Part shown: one piece after another, positions 48,973 through 63,048 of the stretch
Position numbering within the stretch: the stretch's first letter is position 1
How the letters are laid out: every line of letters starts with the position of its first letter
Source: Chlorokybus atmophyticus
Taxonomy: Eukaryota; Plantae; Mesostigma and Chlorokybus algae
Direction: 5' to 3'
NCBI GenBank assembly: GCA_009103225.1
Contig: RHPI01002262.1
Coordinates: 785,213-849,212 of the forward strand
Length of the DNA stretch: 64,000 nucleotides
Program-made: the position numbers and the translations under genes
Notes under the pieces: generated by a model
Seen by the model: only the letters and a program-made list of their open reading frames with translations
Told to the model about the DNA's origin: nothing
The model's database searches: none

Positions 48973-51900
48973 ATGCATGCTGTGGCTGTTACTGTGGCTG
49001 TTACTGCGTTTGACAAGCACGTAAACCAATTGTTCATGCATGCTGTGGCTGTTACTGTGATTGCTCAAGCGGCGTTTGGTAAGCAGGGGTGTGATCGGCT
49101 TGTCGGCACGCTGCATGCACGACCATTGCTGTCTTCTAGCCGCTGCTTGGCGCAAAGAAGTCGCTTAAGCAAAAAGGCAGCATCAAGTCAGGTTGGGGTT
49201 TGACTGCCACGCCAGCATACATGCAGATGGATCAATGCATTTTGCTGAAAGCAATAAATGCTACAGGAGCAATCCCGCCGCAGGCAGCCTGCAAGCTGCA
49301 AGCTGCTGTCTGGTCACCAACTTCACAGTCGGCAGAGCAGCAGCAGAAAAGCTACACAGCGAGTGTCAGCGGTAGCCGATCGTGCGGACGCTGTGGCTGC
49401 TAACAACCGTGAAGGCAGCACTACCACACGCTTCTCTTTTCATGTGGATGGAGGTGGAGTGGTAAGACTTGATGAGACTTGCTTACCACTTGCTTACCGG
49501 ATCTACTGTGTCGCTTGCTGCACACAACAAGTTGTATGCATGGAGCTTGACAGGCCTACATGCGCGTTAAATTGGTTGTGCACTGCGTTGCGGCAGGTGA
49601 CTGCGCGCGTTGAGCCAGTGCGCAACAGCTATGTGGTTACAATCACGGCGGACAGCATATCGTTGAAGGCAGAGTCCAAATTGCACCTTTACTGGGTATG
49701 CAGGCTGTTTTGCGCATATGCACAAATCGGTTACAGTTGTAGCACTGTCGTACTATCATTATTGACTTGTTGAAGCTCAGCTTACTGTGAGACCAATGCA
49801 GGGTTATTTCCAGTCCGATCGCAATGAGTGGTCCACACCCCCACGCGGCACTCTGCCACCGAACAGTTTGGTGGAACAAAGGTGCGCATGCCAGTGCCAA
49901 CACAGTGTATGTTGCGGCATAGCTGTAGTGCATGCGCTGATACCAATACCGCCATCAGTGGAGCTGTGAGGACGCCGTTTGAAGTGACAGGCAACCTGTT
50001 CATCAATGAAGGGAGAGAGCAGCACACCTTGCAGATCAAGCTCCCGAAACAGGATGCGCCTTACACACTGACATTCGTGTTGCTGCAGCCAGCAGTAACC
50101 AAAAAAGGAAAAGAAGTTTGGTACAGGTGGGTATAAGCTGCTAGCTGGTAGACACTGATTGTCCAACCACTGTGTCATTGCACACTTGATCGCTGATGTT
50201 TCATATACTGGTTTTTGTGCGGTGTCAGGCGTCTTGCAGGCGGGAACTTCTGCATTTCAGTGGGTATGCGGCCAGGGTCACCTTCACCTTTGGGTGCATC
50301 TGCAGTGCGCAACGGCGTGAACTTTGCGCTTTATTCGCGGCATGCTGAGGCTGTCAAGCTTTGCCTGTTTGACGAAGGTGCAGAACCAATGGTAAGGCCT
50401 TGTTGTGCAAGTACTTTACCTCCTATCAGTCATGTATTACATGCAACTGGTGTCCCTCTGATTTATTTCCTCTTTTGAAAGATGGAGCTTGACTTGGATC
50501 CTTCAATTCACCGCACTGGGGATGTATGGCATGTAGCCCTGGACGGCTTGGACACATCCAAACTTCAATATGGCTACCGTGTTGAGGTAATGAAGTGCTT
50601 CCTTCCACTCGTCTTCAGCAGCATGTCCGCTCATCAATCGTGACACATACTACAAGCCTCAACGCTGTCAAGCAGCATATTGCATGCAGTGGGAATCATG
50701 TGTAGCGTGCGCATGGCACAGTGATTGTCACCCAGCATGCTGCCTTCACAGTGCCTTTTGGGCAGGGTGATTTGTCATGGGAGAATGGTAACAGGTACCA
50801 TGCGGCAAACATCATGCTAGACCCATATGCTCGTCGGTTGGCACCTCCGGTTGTAGATCCCGGTAAGCATCGGTGGTAGTCAAGCGGTAGTGCCTGATTG
50901 CATGCAATCTCGAACAACTGCATTCCAAGTTGACCAAGTCAGTGGTATGCTCCAACAACCTAATGACCTTTGCTACTGCATTCAGCTGGCAAGAAAAAGC
51001 CACGCATATTTGGGCTTCTTGATGTGGATGAGCCTGACTTTGACTGGGAAGATGACTTCCGGCCACGGTATATATACATCGGCATTTATGCTAGTGCAAT
51101 GCATGCCATCTTACAGCAGTATGTAGCAGCGGCCATGTTGCTGGCGCACTTATGCTAGACAACTTGCATTGTACCAGCAGCTGCCAGGATGGTTCTAGGC
51201 TGATGGTTCTTGTTTGCTCAGCCGCTGTGTGCGCAACATCATCTGTTTCTTGATGCAGTGTACCCATGCACAAGATGGTGGTCTATGAGATGGACGTCAA
51301 GGCGTTCACTGGCCATCCTAGCAGCAACATCTCCAAACCGCACCGCGGCGGATACCTTGGCCTTATAGAGAAGATTGATCACCTCGCAGCGATTGGTCAG
51401 CACTTCTGCTAAGTCCATTTGTAATCCGCATCGTACATGCTAATGATGTATTCTGACTTTTGGAACAGCAGTCAAACACTGTAGTTTGCAGGTGTTAACG
51501 CAGTGCTGCTGCTTCCCCTCGTGGAAGTGGCGGAAGATGGCGGAAAGTTCCCTGCAGACTACAGCGGGTTTAGCAGACCTGTTAGCTTTTTCGCACCATT
51601 GAGCAAGCTGGCAAGTGACAGCACGTCGGCAACTGCCGCCAGAGAACTCAAAACCATGATCAAGGAGCTGCACAAGCGGGGCATTGAGGTAGCCGAGAGT
51701 CATTCTACCCGCCGTGTCAGGAGTTGTTTCCCTCAAACTTGTGCATTGCAGGTGCTGCTGGACGTTGTTTATGACCATACTGCTGAAGGCACGGATGACC
51801 AGCCATGGCCCGTCTCAATGCGAGGCATCGACAATGCCACGTACTATCTCACAGATGATGACGGCAAGGTCATCGATTTCAACGGCTGCAACGCACTGAA

Positions 51901-53789
51901 CGTCAACAACCCAGTCACACAACAGCTGGTGAGCAGTACAAGCACATGATGGTGCAGCTGAATGAAAGTTATGAAAGCAGTATGCTTTATCAATTTGCTG
52001 TTGCTTATGCCTGCAGGTGATTGACAGTCTAACTCATTGGGTGACTGAGTATCGCGTTGATGGCTTCTGCTTTGCTCGTGCTCCTTCCTTGCTGCGTGGC
52101 CAAGGCGGGATTGAACTTGTTCATCCTCCGCTCATTGAGGCAATCGCACATGACACCGTGCTCGGCGGGGTCAAACTTATTGCAGAACTGATTGACCAAC
52201 AGGGCAACTATCTGGTATGTGCCGGTTCATCAATAAGCAATGGCATGCTTGCAGTAATGCATTGAGAACGAGGGTCAATGAGTTGGTGTCCAGGAAGCGG
52301 TGACTTTCCCGCATTGGGGAAAGTGGGGTGAGAGGAACTTCAGCTTTTGTGGTGACATCCGACGGTTTATTAGAGGAGACAGCATGATGCTGAGTGGATT
52401 TGCAACTCGCGTGTGCGGCAGGTGCGTGCAACACAGCAACGCTGACTTGATTGCAAGTGTTCCAGTAGTACTGAGCTGTGCTTTGGTGGTTGCAACAGTG
52501 GTGACAAGTTTGTGCGTGGGAGAAGACCCAGCAGCAGTGTGAACTTTGTGACTTCCCGCGACGGGCTAAGCTTGACGGACCTCGTCAGTTACGGTGCTTG
52601 TCACATCGATGGCAGGGATGGCAAGCACATGGAAGACGCCCTCAGCTGGAACTGCGGTGTGGAAGGTCCCACTGTGGATGCTAACATTGCAGCCCTGCGC
52701 AACCGTCAGGTATTGATGCAAATCTTGGAGATTTGTATTGGCTGGTTTTGTGATAGCAGGTGCGTGGAGTCTAATGATGATGATGGCATTTATTTTTGTG
52801 AGCAGGTGCGCAATTTTGTCATGGCGCTGTTTCTATCGCAAGGCGTGCCGGTTCTCTCTATGGGCAGCGAGTATGGGCACTCCACTGGTGGTGTTGATGC
52901 CATCCGCTCCAACCCGTAAGTGACTAACTTCATGACACATATACACTCAACACGGCTTCATCGTATTGTTGGCTGATACGTGTATATCCGCGGCTGACAC
53001 AGCACTTTGAACTACTTCCGATGGGACCTGCTCGACGTGGAGAAAGGCGCGCGTGCCGGCCCCGCGTTGTGCAGATTCACGACAGCACTCATCAAGTTTC
53101 GCAAGAAGCGCGCATCGCTGCTGCAGCGCTTAACCTTTATCAGTCCCGAGGAGCTCGTTTGGCACGGGCGCGTGCCCAACCAGCCGCACTGGGATGATCC
53201 AGAGAGCAGGTTAATCGCTTTCACCCTGCTGGCAGAAGACAAAACTCTCGCCAAGGAGGGTGCCGGGGACTTGTACATCGCATTCAATGCACATGAGTAC
53301 ACCGTCACGCTGGACCTTCCTACGCCACCAATGGGCATGGTGTGGTAAGTTTATAACAAGTTTATCTGCCTGTGTACAATACAGGCTTATGGTAGTGTGC
53401 TGCTGCGAAGCTGAGCGGGCAATGAATTATGCAGGCATCGCTTGGCAGATACTAACCTGTCACCTCCCGAAGATTTTTCATCCAAGGGCACACCTCTGGT
53501 GCCTTTTACAGCGCCTGATGGCAGGTCTGTGCAATGGCATGTTGCATTTGTGATGAACTTAGCAAAAAACACGCGGTGAAGATTGGAATGGCTTGTACTC
53601 AACTACAATTCTGATGTTACCTTGTCGTTGTGTTGTGACAGCCGTGTGTCCGAGTACATGATTGCGCCGTACACATCAATTTTATTAGAGGCCAGAATGG
53701 ATGCTGCTGCTGTGAAGCGGCCGCCGTCGAGGTCTGCTCGCCGCAGCACCACGCCAAGCCTAAGTCCAAGCCCCACACCTCCGGCATAA
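48973..53789 (+). CDS. ISA2: Isoamylase-type starch debranching enzyme, non-catalytic ISA2 subunit (start uncertain)
   Basis: PSPLGAS...[47 protein letters not shown] (in place of DGFRFDL), [39 protein letters not shown]. Confidence 0.9.
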
Positions 53790-54371
53790 CTTTCTGTGAT
53801 ATACACCTTTTTGTAGCATTAAGGAGCAGTTGATAACGGCAACGCAGGTGCAACATGCAAATGCGTGAGTTACCTAGCGCTTGAATGGAGTGTGGTGTTC
53901 GAATGCTATGCAAGTGCAATAAATGCATGTGGTTGGTGCATGTACACAAGTGTGAGAGAATAAAGTTGGCTCAATGCAATCGTTCATGTGTTGGCGTTAA
54001 GAAAGTGTCAGCGATGCAGCTCGTGTGTGGTTGCATGTGAAGCACGATGAAGTGTCTATGAGGCTCACATTACTGATTGCAATAACACTGCGAAACTTGG
54101 TTCAAACAATAGCATGATCAAGTTCTGTACAAGCACACACGCCCCACCACAAGCCACTTGGCGGAAAAGGGTTGGCGCTTGTGTTTTGTTGTGACGCTTG
54201 TAATGCAGCAAAGATAAATAGGTTGATTGATACGGAGGTTGTTTGAAGCTGCAACATTTCCTTCACTTACATAAGCAGAAAATTGCGTAAATATAAGAAA
54301 AAGAATACAAGAGAAAGGCATTAGAGTAAGTACTGCTGTAGCTAAACAGGACATGAAGCCACCTTTTCGAC

Positions 54372-55620
<1,249 letters not shown>

Positions 55621-56953
55621 CCTCCCCGCCACCGCCGCCGACGGCTACCAGTGCACAAACAGAGCCCAAGGGCCGAACACTCCGACACTGGCCCATTTTG
55701 TAAGGTTCGCACTCGTATCTAGAGCTACAGGTATCCTGGTATCCTTTGCGCGGGAAACGCGGTATCTCCCACCGGCAGAACGACAACGGTATCTCTTGTG
55801 TAGCTGAGTGACGACGCCGTCTGCCAGTCGCACGCGTGCGCCTCGCGAGTTACGCGGTGATTTTTGGGCTTCGGTGCTCCAAAGGCCGGCTTCGCGGTAT
55901 GCGGCGGGCCCTTCAATACTTGCCCATACATCATGCCCTAAATAAGGGCCCCTTATGCCTCATTGAACATTTGGCCAATGTTGATTGATGTAAGAGACTT
56001 TATCATGTTGTTACGGCGGTGTAAAGTCACCAATGTATGGTACGCTTTACAAGCTAATGCCAACAATAAAACTAACATAAACTATGTTAACCATAAAAAT
56101 GTATTATTGAAGATGATTAAAGCGGTGCTATGCATTACATAACATGTTGTTAAAATTCATACTATCAACTTCTGCGGTAACCTTTTAACATGCAAAAACA
56201 TTATCTTAAACACTTAAGTACAAACATGGATATGGTCACGAGAGGGTAAAACAATAGTTCGGTTTGACAATTACTTCGATTCGTTGTAATAGCCTTGCGT
56301 TTACATTTAAACATCCCGTTATTAGATTGCACAATGGTTCAAACATATGAATAATTTAAAACATTACATTTATGTTCATATATGTAATACACCGCCACTT
56401 GCTTAAAGCAAAGGATATATACAACGTAATTATGACGTGAGTACTGAGCATTACATTACATTGGTACGTCAAGTGTTACTATTTGAAGTATTTAATTTTA
56501 CATATATACATATACCTTTCATTAACATGCATATACATTGTAACAAGGAGATGTTTTTATGTATGTATCAACATGCTGTCTCAACATCATTGCGTACGGT
56601 GCAATGTTGTCATAAGAATGTAAATTTTGCATGTTTTACATGTTTTCCACAACAAAAGAGGCTTGAAAAGCAATGCTATCTGGTAATATAAAATATATCT
56701 AACTTACATTTTTAGGCTTCGCGACATCTGTCCGTTTCCTTGTTTGTTTATTTTGCATGCATAATAAATGTGCATGTACACTCAAATGAATGACCAGCGT
56801 TATGTCTTAGCATATGTTGACCAACCATGGCGACCCATCTTATCTAGTAGGGGACTCTTTTTAAATCTACCTCATGCTTTAAGCAGAAGCTTGGGTGCCC
56901 ATTACGTACTTTGACTTGAGCGCAAACTGCTCATTGGCCTAAGTAACTCCACT

Positions 56954-57990
56954 TCAAAGATTACAGTGTAAGCTTGTTGACTTAATAACAAGTCGCATCT
57001 CCATGCTGACGTCTTGATCATTATCATGATCTTGTAAGAGCCATTTGCGCCATGAACATTCCCAATTGCAAGCCTTCATCAAGTAATCCAAATAAGGGCC
57101 CCTTCGGAAGCCAAAGTAGATTGTCAAACATATCATTCATTTGTACATGCATATATACATATATGTATATATGCATACACTTACGCACACATATTGAAGT
57201 GTACATCTACGCACACACCTTCCATTTTCACTGGCACGCGCGCGTGTGCGAGCAATGTGTGTGTACACCAACACATGCATGCTTCACGTACACACAAACA
57301 CACCTTTGAGCCGCCGCAGTGTAATGGTAGACATTCAGTCTCAAGGTAAGTGCCTGCAACTATTTGGGACTCCCTGATTGAGGCCAATGCAGCCTGCACA
57401 AAATGCGCCTATACTGTAGCATCGTATCGCATCACGCTGCCATATGAATGTCGCTCAAATGAACAACATCGCCATTCAAAAGGTACCAGCGCATGTCTCG
57501 GCCAACTTGATCGACTTAGGAAAAACCCCTGGCCTGCATCAGATCCTTTGATGCCTTCGTTGTCGCTGCTGTCGTTGTGTTCTTTTAATACATATTTCTC
57601 AAAGGGCTCCACGTTGTCGAACCCGCCGCGCATTACCAGCAACTTCACGTTGCGGTCCCGTTTGATCACGTTAATGGTCTTGCGCAGTGCACCTGCAGTG
57701 CAGCGATAGAAGCACGTGAGACATGCACGGGTCACATGCACACGCATGCACACGTATTAGTGCGCGCAACCGCATGTGCACATGTGCGCGTATATGGGCG
57801 TGCGCGCACGTGCGTGTGTGCGGTGTTACGACTTGTGGAGGGATTCCTTGCGTGTCCACACAGTGCCAGTGTACTACTACTCCCTACTCTGTTGCAGTGG
57901 TGGGAAGAGGAAGTCCGGCGGTGTTGCTGTGGCGGTGTAGTCGCACGATCAGCATCGTGACGCCTCGAGCAGCGCAGGGGGATCGGGCAA
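56954..57990 (-). pseudogene. Degenerate spliced coding remnant of unknown family
   Basis: Frame GALRKTINVIKRDRNVKLLVMRGGFDNVEPFEKYVL...YDATV continues through an in-frame TAG (57409-57411) into AHFVQAALASIRESQ...GGSK, then an intron donor. Confidence 0.45.
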
Positions 57991-58349
57991 TTGCTGGTGG
58001 TGAGTGCCGCGGGAACGCGACGTGAACTTGGGGCTGGAGTAAGACGGCAGCGAAGGGTACACCCCTAACAAGCTACGTGGGCTTTACACCACTGCACGCA
58101 CGCGCACCATCACCATCACCATCATCGCTGTTTGATAACAAGTTATCCTATGCAGCCATCACTTTTCAACGCATCCATAACCAGGAAAAGTAACAACAGA
58201 TCACTTACGTGAAGAGGAACTGAAGGTGTATGCGCTCATTTGATGGCATGCCCTCCACATCTTTGCTCAGCAGCGGGCTGCGTAGCATGCCGATTACTTT
58301 GACAACGACACATACATGATGGCCGAGCTACCCTTCTGCGTAAACCCCA

Positions 58350-59125
58350 TCGTCGCAAATTTTACACGGTGACTGACAAGGGACTAAGGGACTGACGGGT
58401 GCCTGACCCTGCCTGACCCTACCTAACGTAACGGATTGGTCCATAAAGGGACTTTTTAGGACGGCCGAAACTATCAAGCAACATTAACCGACGGCAAGCG
58501 GTCGATCAATAAGTACAATTGACGGCGGCCTGCCTGATGGCAACATCGCACTTTAAGGTGACGGCCGATTGTCGGTCGTCCCTTTTGCGCGATGGCGACC
58601 TTTCTGTATAGCAGATAAGTCACGTTTTGGTCACATACAGTGACGGCCGACCGTCGGTCGTACCCTGACTGTCGAAAAGTATGCGCAACGGCCTGCCTAC
58701 TTTGGCAAGCCAGTCACCGTTAGTCCCTATCAGGTGACCTTACCGCGTTTATTATTATTAATATTGTTATATATATTAAGTGACGGCCGATCGCCGGTCG
58801 TGCACTTAACGCGGCGGCGACCTACTTATTGTGTGTCAAGTGTGATAAGCAAGTGACCGTCGGTCCCTAAAGGTCGGCAAGTCGGGACGGTAGTACCGGC
58901 CGGCAAGTAAAGACGCTGATACAATGCAGCCGCCGTACTATGTCAATTGTATGAACAGTGCCATTGTCGCGATGACACTATCGTACCATACTAATGGTAC
59001 GATAGTGCCATGGCGACAATGGTACTTTCGTACCATGATAATAATACATTAATGCCGTTGCGAGTCACGATCGACAACGCGTTTGAATAACAAACGCTCA
59101 ACGGCTTCAAGTTGAACAGAGCGTT

Positions 59126-59161
<36 letters not shown>

Positions 59162-59920
59162 TAACAGTAGGTGAGCTTGGTTGCTGTCTGACGTTGTACT
59201 ACGCGAAACACCGCATGCCATCTAACCACCCTCCTTGCCTTAGGGCGGCCAGGCCAGGCCAGGCTAGGCCAGGCGGCGGCAGCGGCAGCGGCGGCGGAGA
59301 AGGAACGGCAGCGGCGGAGCGGGAACGGGCGGTGCAGGAGCCGCAGCTCAGTACAAGGGCAGTACTAGCAGTAGTACCTAAGGTAGTAGTAGCAGTAGTG
59401 GTAGTGGTAGCAGAAGTGGTAGTCTAGTCGTACTAGCAGCAGTAGTAGTAGCTCAGTATATTACATTGTAATTTACTTTGTTTTTGAATATTTGTCATGC
59501 ATTCTTGCACAGCTGATGACGACAATCATGTGTGACACCTAATCATGACTAATCATGACTGAGCGGTACTAACAGGTACCTTTAAAAGTACACATTATTA
59601 ACGATAGGTACCTTAAAGTACCTAACAATTTCGCTTAGTTAGCGTACAGTCGCCGGTACCTAACCGATAGGTACCGGTCAGTTACCTGTTAGTTAGGTCA
59701 AGTCCCCTTTGCTTAACTGTTGAGTACCTGACAGGTACCTATCAATTAGGGTCAGTCCCTTAATGCAGACGGCCGCCAACTAATGGTGATGGCCGTTATG
59801 CTCAGGTCCCTGTATCAAGATCGCGGGTAGACAAAAGGTCGACAGTCTAAATAAGTATCCTCAAGTGCACGGCCGTTGCCAATATTCAGTCGGCCGGCAG
59901 GGGAAACATTTTGCGACGAT
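58350..59920. mobile_element. Putative non-autonomous DNA transposon end or remnant with arrays of short subterminal-type repeats in both orientations
   Basis: Repeated gtgacggccga...cggtcgt hairpins (58558, 58641, 58780), taagggactgac and its reverse complement (about 58387 and 59751), atcgtcgcaaa and its reverse complement (about 58354 and 59910), and a (ata)ggtacc array. Confidence 0.5.
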
Positions 59921-59999
59921 CGTGCTCGCAGTAGGCAGCCGTAAAAAATACAAGCCAGTTCTTAAGCAGCACCTTGCCTTCTTCAATGCCTTGAGACAT

Positions 60000-62330
60000 C
60001 AATGCCAACTTTTGCGATGATTGTCACCACATAGCCGATACACATACACGCGTACAATATAACCTACACATACACACCTCTTCTAGTGTGGCAACGATGA
60101 CTTTGTGCGTGAGCGAAATCAGCACCGTGCTCTGCTCACGACGACATCGGCAGTGGTCGCACCATAGAAGTGTTGAGTTTGTGCGCCATTTTGGCCTAAA
60201 CATGCAGCAACCCCAAACCAGCTGCATCCACCTGCAAGACCCAAACATACTTTGTGCTCAGGTTGACATATGTGCAAGCTGCGCGTGACTGCAATCAGCT
60301 TTCATTGTTGGCATCACGGAAGCTGTATTGCTTACCTCCCATGATGCTATGCACTGCCGTTAGAGTATCGTCCTCGACTGCTTTCATAGGGATCAGAACA
60401 GTGTGCCATTTGCATTGTCAGTAGGCAATCCAAGTAACGGCACAGTTCTGAAGGCACAGGCACAGCTCCAAGGAATGGTTGTGAATGAGAGACAACCAAC
60501 ACTGCCGCAAGGATTAAATGTTCTGATGCCGTTAGCATTATGTGATGACACGCGTGCACGCACGCGTGTGCTTGTGCTTTACTGTTGTGAACGCCATTGC
60601 ATGCGCGCTTGTGTTCTCTTCAGTGTGCTTTTGCGTGCGAGAAGATGAGCTGCCAACACTCACAATAATAGTACAGCATTTGGGTTTGAAGAGCCACAGA
60701 CTGACTTACTAAGCAAGGGGTACTTGCAAGTCAGGTGTATGCTCTCCAACGATATAGCAGATAGGTCCACGCGCATTTCGGCGACCACCGCGTGCCCCGC
60801 CACAGCCTCGTAAGATGCCGACTGCCTCACGAGCCATCTGGCGCACGCGGCGGCGGCATCCAGGTGCTTATGCAACGACCCAACACCGTGCTTGGGCGGA
60901 ATTGAGAACGACAACAAGCCAACACCCTGTGTGAGTACAAGTGACAAGACTTTGTTCCATAACTCAACATGGGCATGCGCGTGCACACGCACGCACACAC
61001 ACACGCGCAAGCATTGGTGAGCGCGTGCGCGCTCCAGAGTAAAGTGAGACTGTTGTGTACCCAACATGTCAAAATCATAAAGTTGACACACACACTTGGC
61101 ATACCTAACAGAAATGCGAGGAGTCGTGCGCCAACATATGTCCCGTGGGGGTAGTCCGTGAACTACTTGTGTAGTCCATCGAGAGCGGGTCGAAAGGCTC
61201 TGCAGCCATCCTCATCAGAGGCAGCAACAGCTCCGTTGGCCAAAACTTGGCCGCGATCCGCTCGCCGAACCCGTTATCCGCGGTGGCGGGCCGAAGAGAA
61301 TCCAATGCTGCCATAAGCGCCTCTTTATACTTGTCAACCTGTAATGAGGCAAGTACGACATGACCAAGCTGCGCACTCTTGCGTGTACACAAGTGCATAA
61401 GTACACCATAATACAAGAGCGCGCACTTGCATACAAATATGCACTTACACACGCACACGCACACACAGTGCGCGCACGCACGCAAATGCACGCAGACACG
61501 CACGTGCGTGCGCATACATGTGTGCGCATGGACACGTTGGCGCGTGCACATATGCAATCGCACGTATCACACACTGAAGCAAGCAAATTGTTGTTAGGCA
61601 CGACATCATCGCTGAGTTTGCCGCCGCCGCGTTTCCCGCCAATGGCAACATACTTCACATCTCCCTCCCTTATGCATGCTGTACAGGCCCACGCGCCTCG
61701 CCACGGTCACGAGGCCAAACAGCGCACCGGGCCAGAGGACTGCAAAAGATTAACAAACCCCCGTGACACTGAGCATACAGACAAAAGACAGACCATGTCA
61801 CTAGACGAACAACGAGTGTTTAAGACCGCCAAGAATAGGTACTGTATGTATGAGTGGTGGTACTCACAACATGAGGTACATACATAGGTGTTTACATGAA
61901 TACAATTGTGCGCGCACGCACTCACACATACACAACTTTCTGTACAAGTATAAAGAAGGAGCCAGAAGTACACCAATTATCACTGTACGAATATGTGGAA
62001 GCATGCACGTGAACACCTCAACACCACACCAACCTTGCATGCACGCCTTGCTTCAATGCTAGCATTCGTGGCAGCAAGTGATAGTTGTTGTTACCTTCCA
62101 GTGCAGCCATTTATGCGCTTTCCATGAGCTATAAAAAGTCTTAGTACCTGTACATTGCGTGTGCGTGAAGCTGCTGACATAGCCAACATACAACGATTCC
62201 CGCCAACAACAACAGCAATAAAGAAATGCTAGCTTACAGCTCAAGTCTACGACGGCAGCGTACACAAGCCTTATCAAGATGGCGATTGCGTCAACAGCAT
62301 TCTCACTGTCTTTCTCAGCACCAATGTAAG
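60000..62330 (-). other. Intron-containing, probably degenerate gene of unknown family (possibly transposase-derived)
   Basis: Exon-like frames with AG/GT borders: IGAEKDSENAVDAIAILIRLVYAAVVDLS/CTKTFYSSWKAHKWLHWK/YLFLAVLNT..., VDKYKEALMAALDSLRP...KFWPTELLLPLM, GVGLLSFSIPPKHG...; not joinable into one clean ORF. Confidence 0.4.
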
Positions 62331-62538
62331 GCTGGTTAGCGGTTTATTATTATCAATATCAATGTCGGCATGCAGATCACTCAGTGCATAGGCTATGCAA
62401 CAAGTTGTGCAGCACTCCGAAGTCAATTTCTGACACACGTACACCACCGTTTACAATTGTATGCGACATTGGCAAGTCTTCCACGCAACATCATGTAGTC
62501 TGCACATGACGTACATGAAGCAGCTGACAAACCGCTGC

Positions 62539-63048
62539 TATACCAATTGGGGCCCGACCACTAGGCTATGGTAGTAAAAGACACTACCATGAGTGAGGTC
62601 TGTCACAATGTATCCCAATTCGTAACATTCCTCCCAATTTAACCCATGTATTTCTCATTATCCAATGAGGCACTAGCCCACGTCGCCGTGTTCGCGGCCG
62701 TACCATCATGGTGATTGGTCTGCCCGCGGCCTGTTGGATCCAGCCCACCAACGGTCCTAACCGACCGAGCGGCCATCCTCACCGCGCGACCTGCCATCGC
62801 AGCACGACCGCTCATGCAGCCTTAGGTTGAACTGGCTCGGCGCGCAGGTTGTGATCCCGCGCCCAGCCTAGGGCAAGCCGCCCCAAATGTTTTGTTTTTG
62901 CCTTGGATCTGCCTAGTTTTCTATGGGAATTGAACCTGAGACGTTAAGCTCCGTTACCATTGTAACAATTGGGGCCTGACTACTAGGCTATGATAGTAAA
63001 AGACACTACCATGGTGAGGTCTGTCACAATTTATCCCAATCCGTAACA
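62539..63048 (+). mobile_element. Miniature LTR element (TRIM-like) with one full LTR, two collapsed LTRs and a 5-bp TSD
   Basis: LTR-like 62601-62967 (TGTCACA...TGTAACA). About 84-bp direct repeats at 62544-62627 and 62966-63048. PBS-like attggggcc after the LTR. gctgc at 62534-62538 and 63049-63053. Confidence 0.6.

Noticed and set aside
55960-56900. AT-rich island as possible organellar or foreign DNA, or a Helitron
   Set aside because: I could not identify a gene, tRNA or rRNA fragment, or convincing Helitron termini; composition alone is insufficient.
58380-59760. CRISPR-like array
   Set aside because: The repeats are short, degenerate, irregularly spaced and in both orientations; the context is eukaryotic and there are no cas genes.
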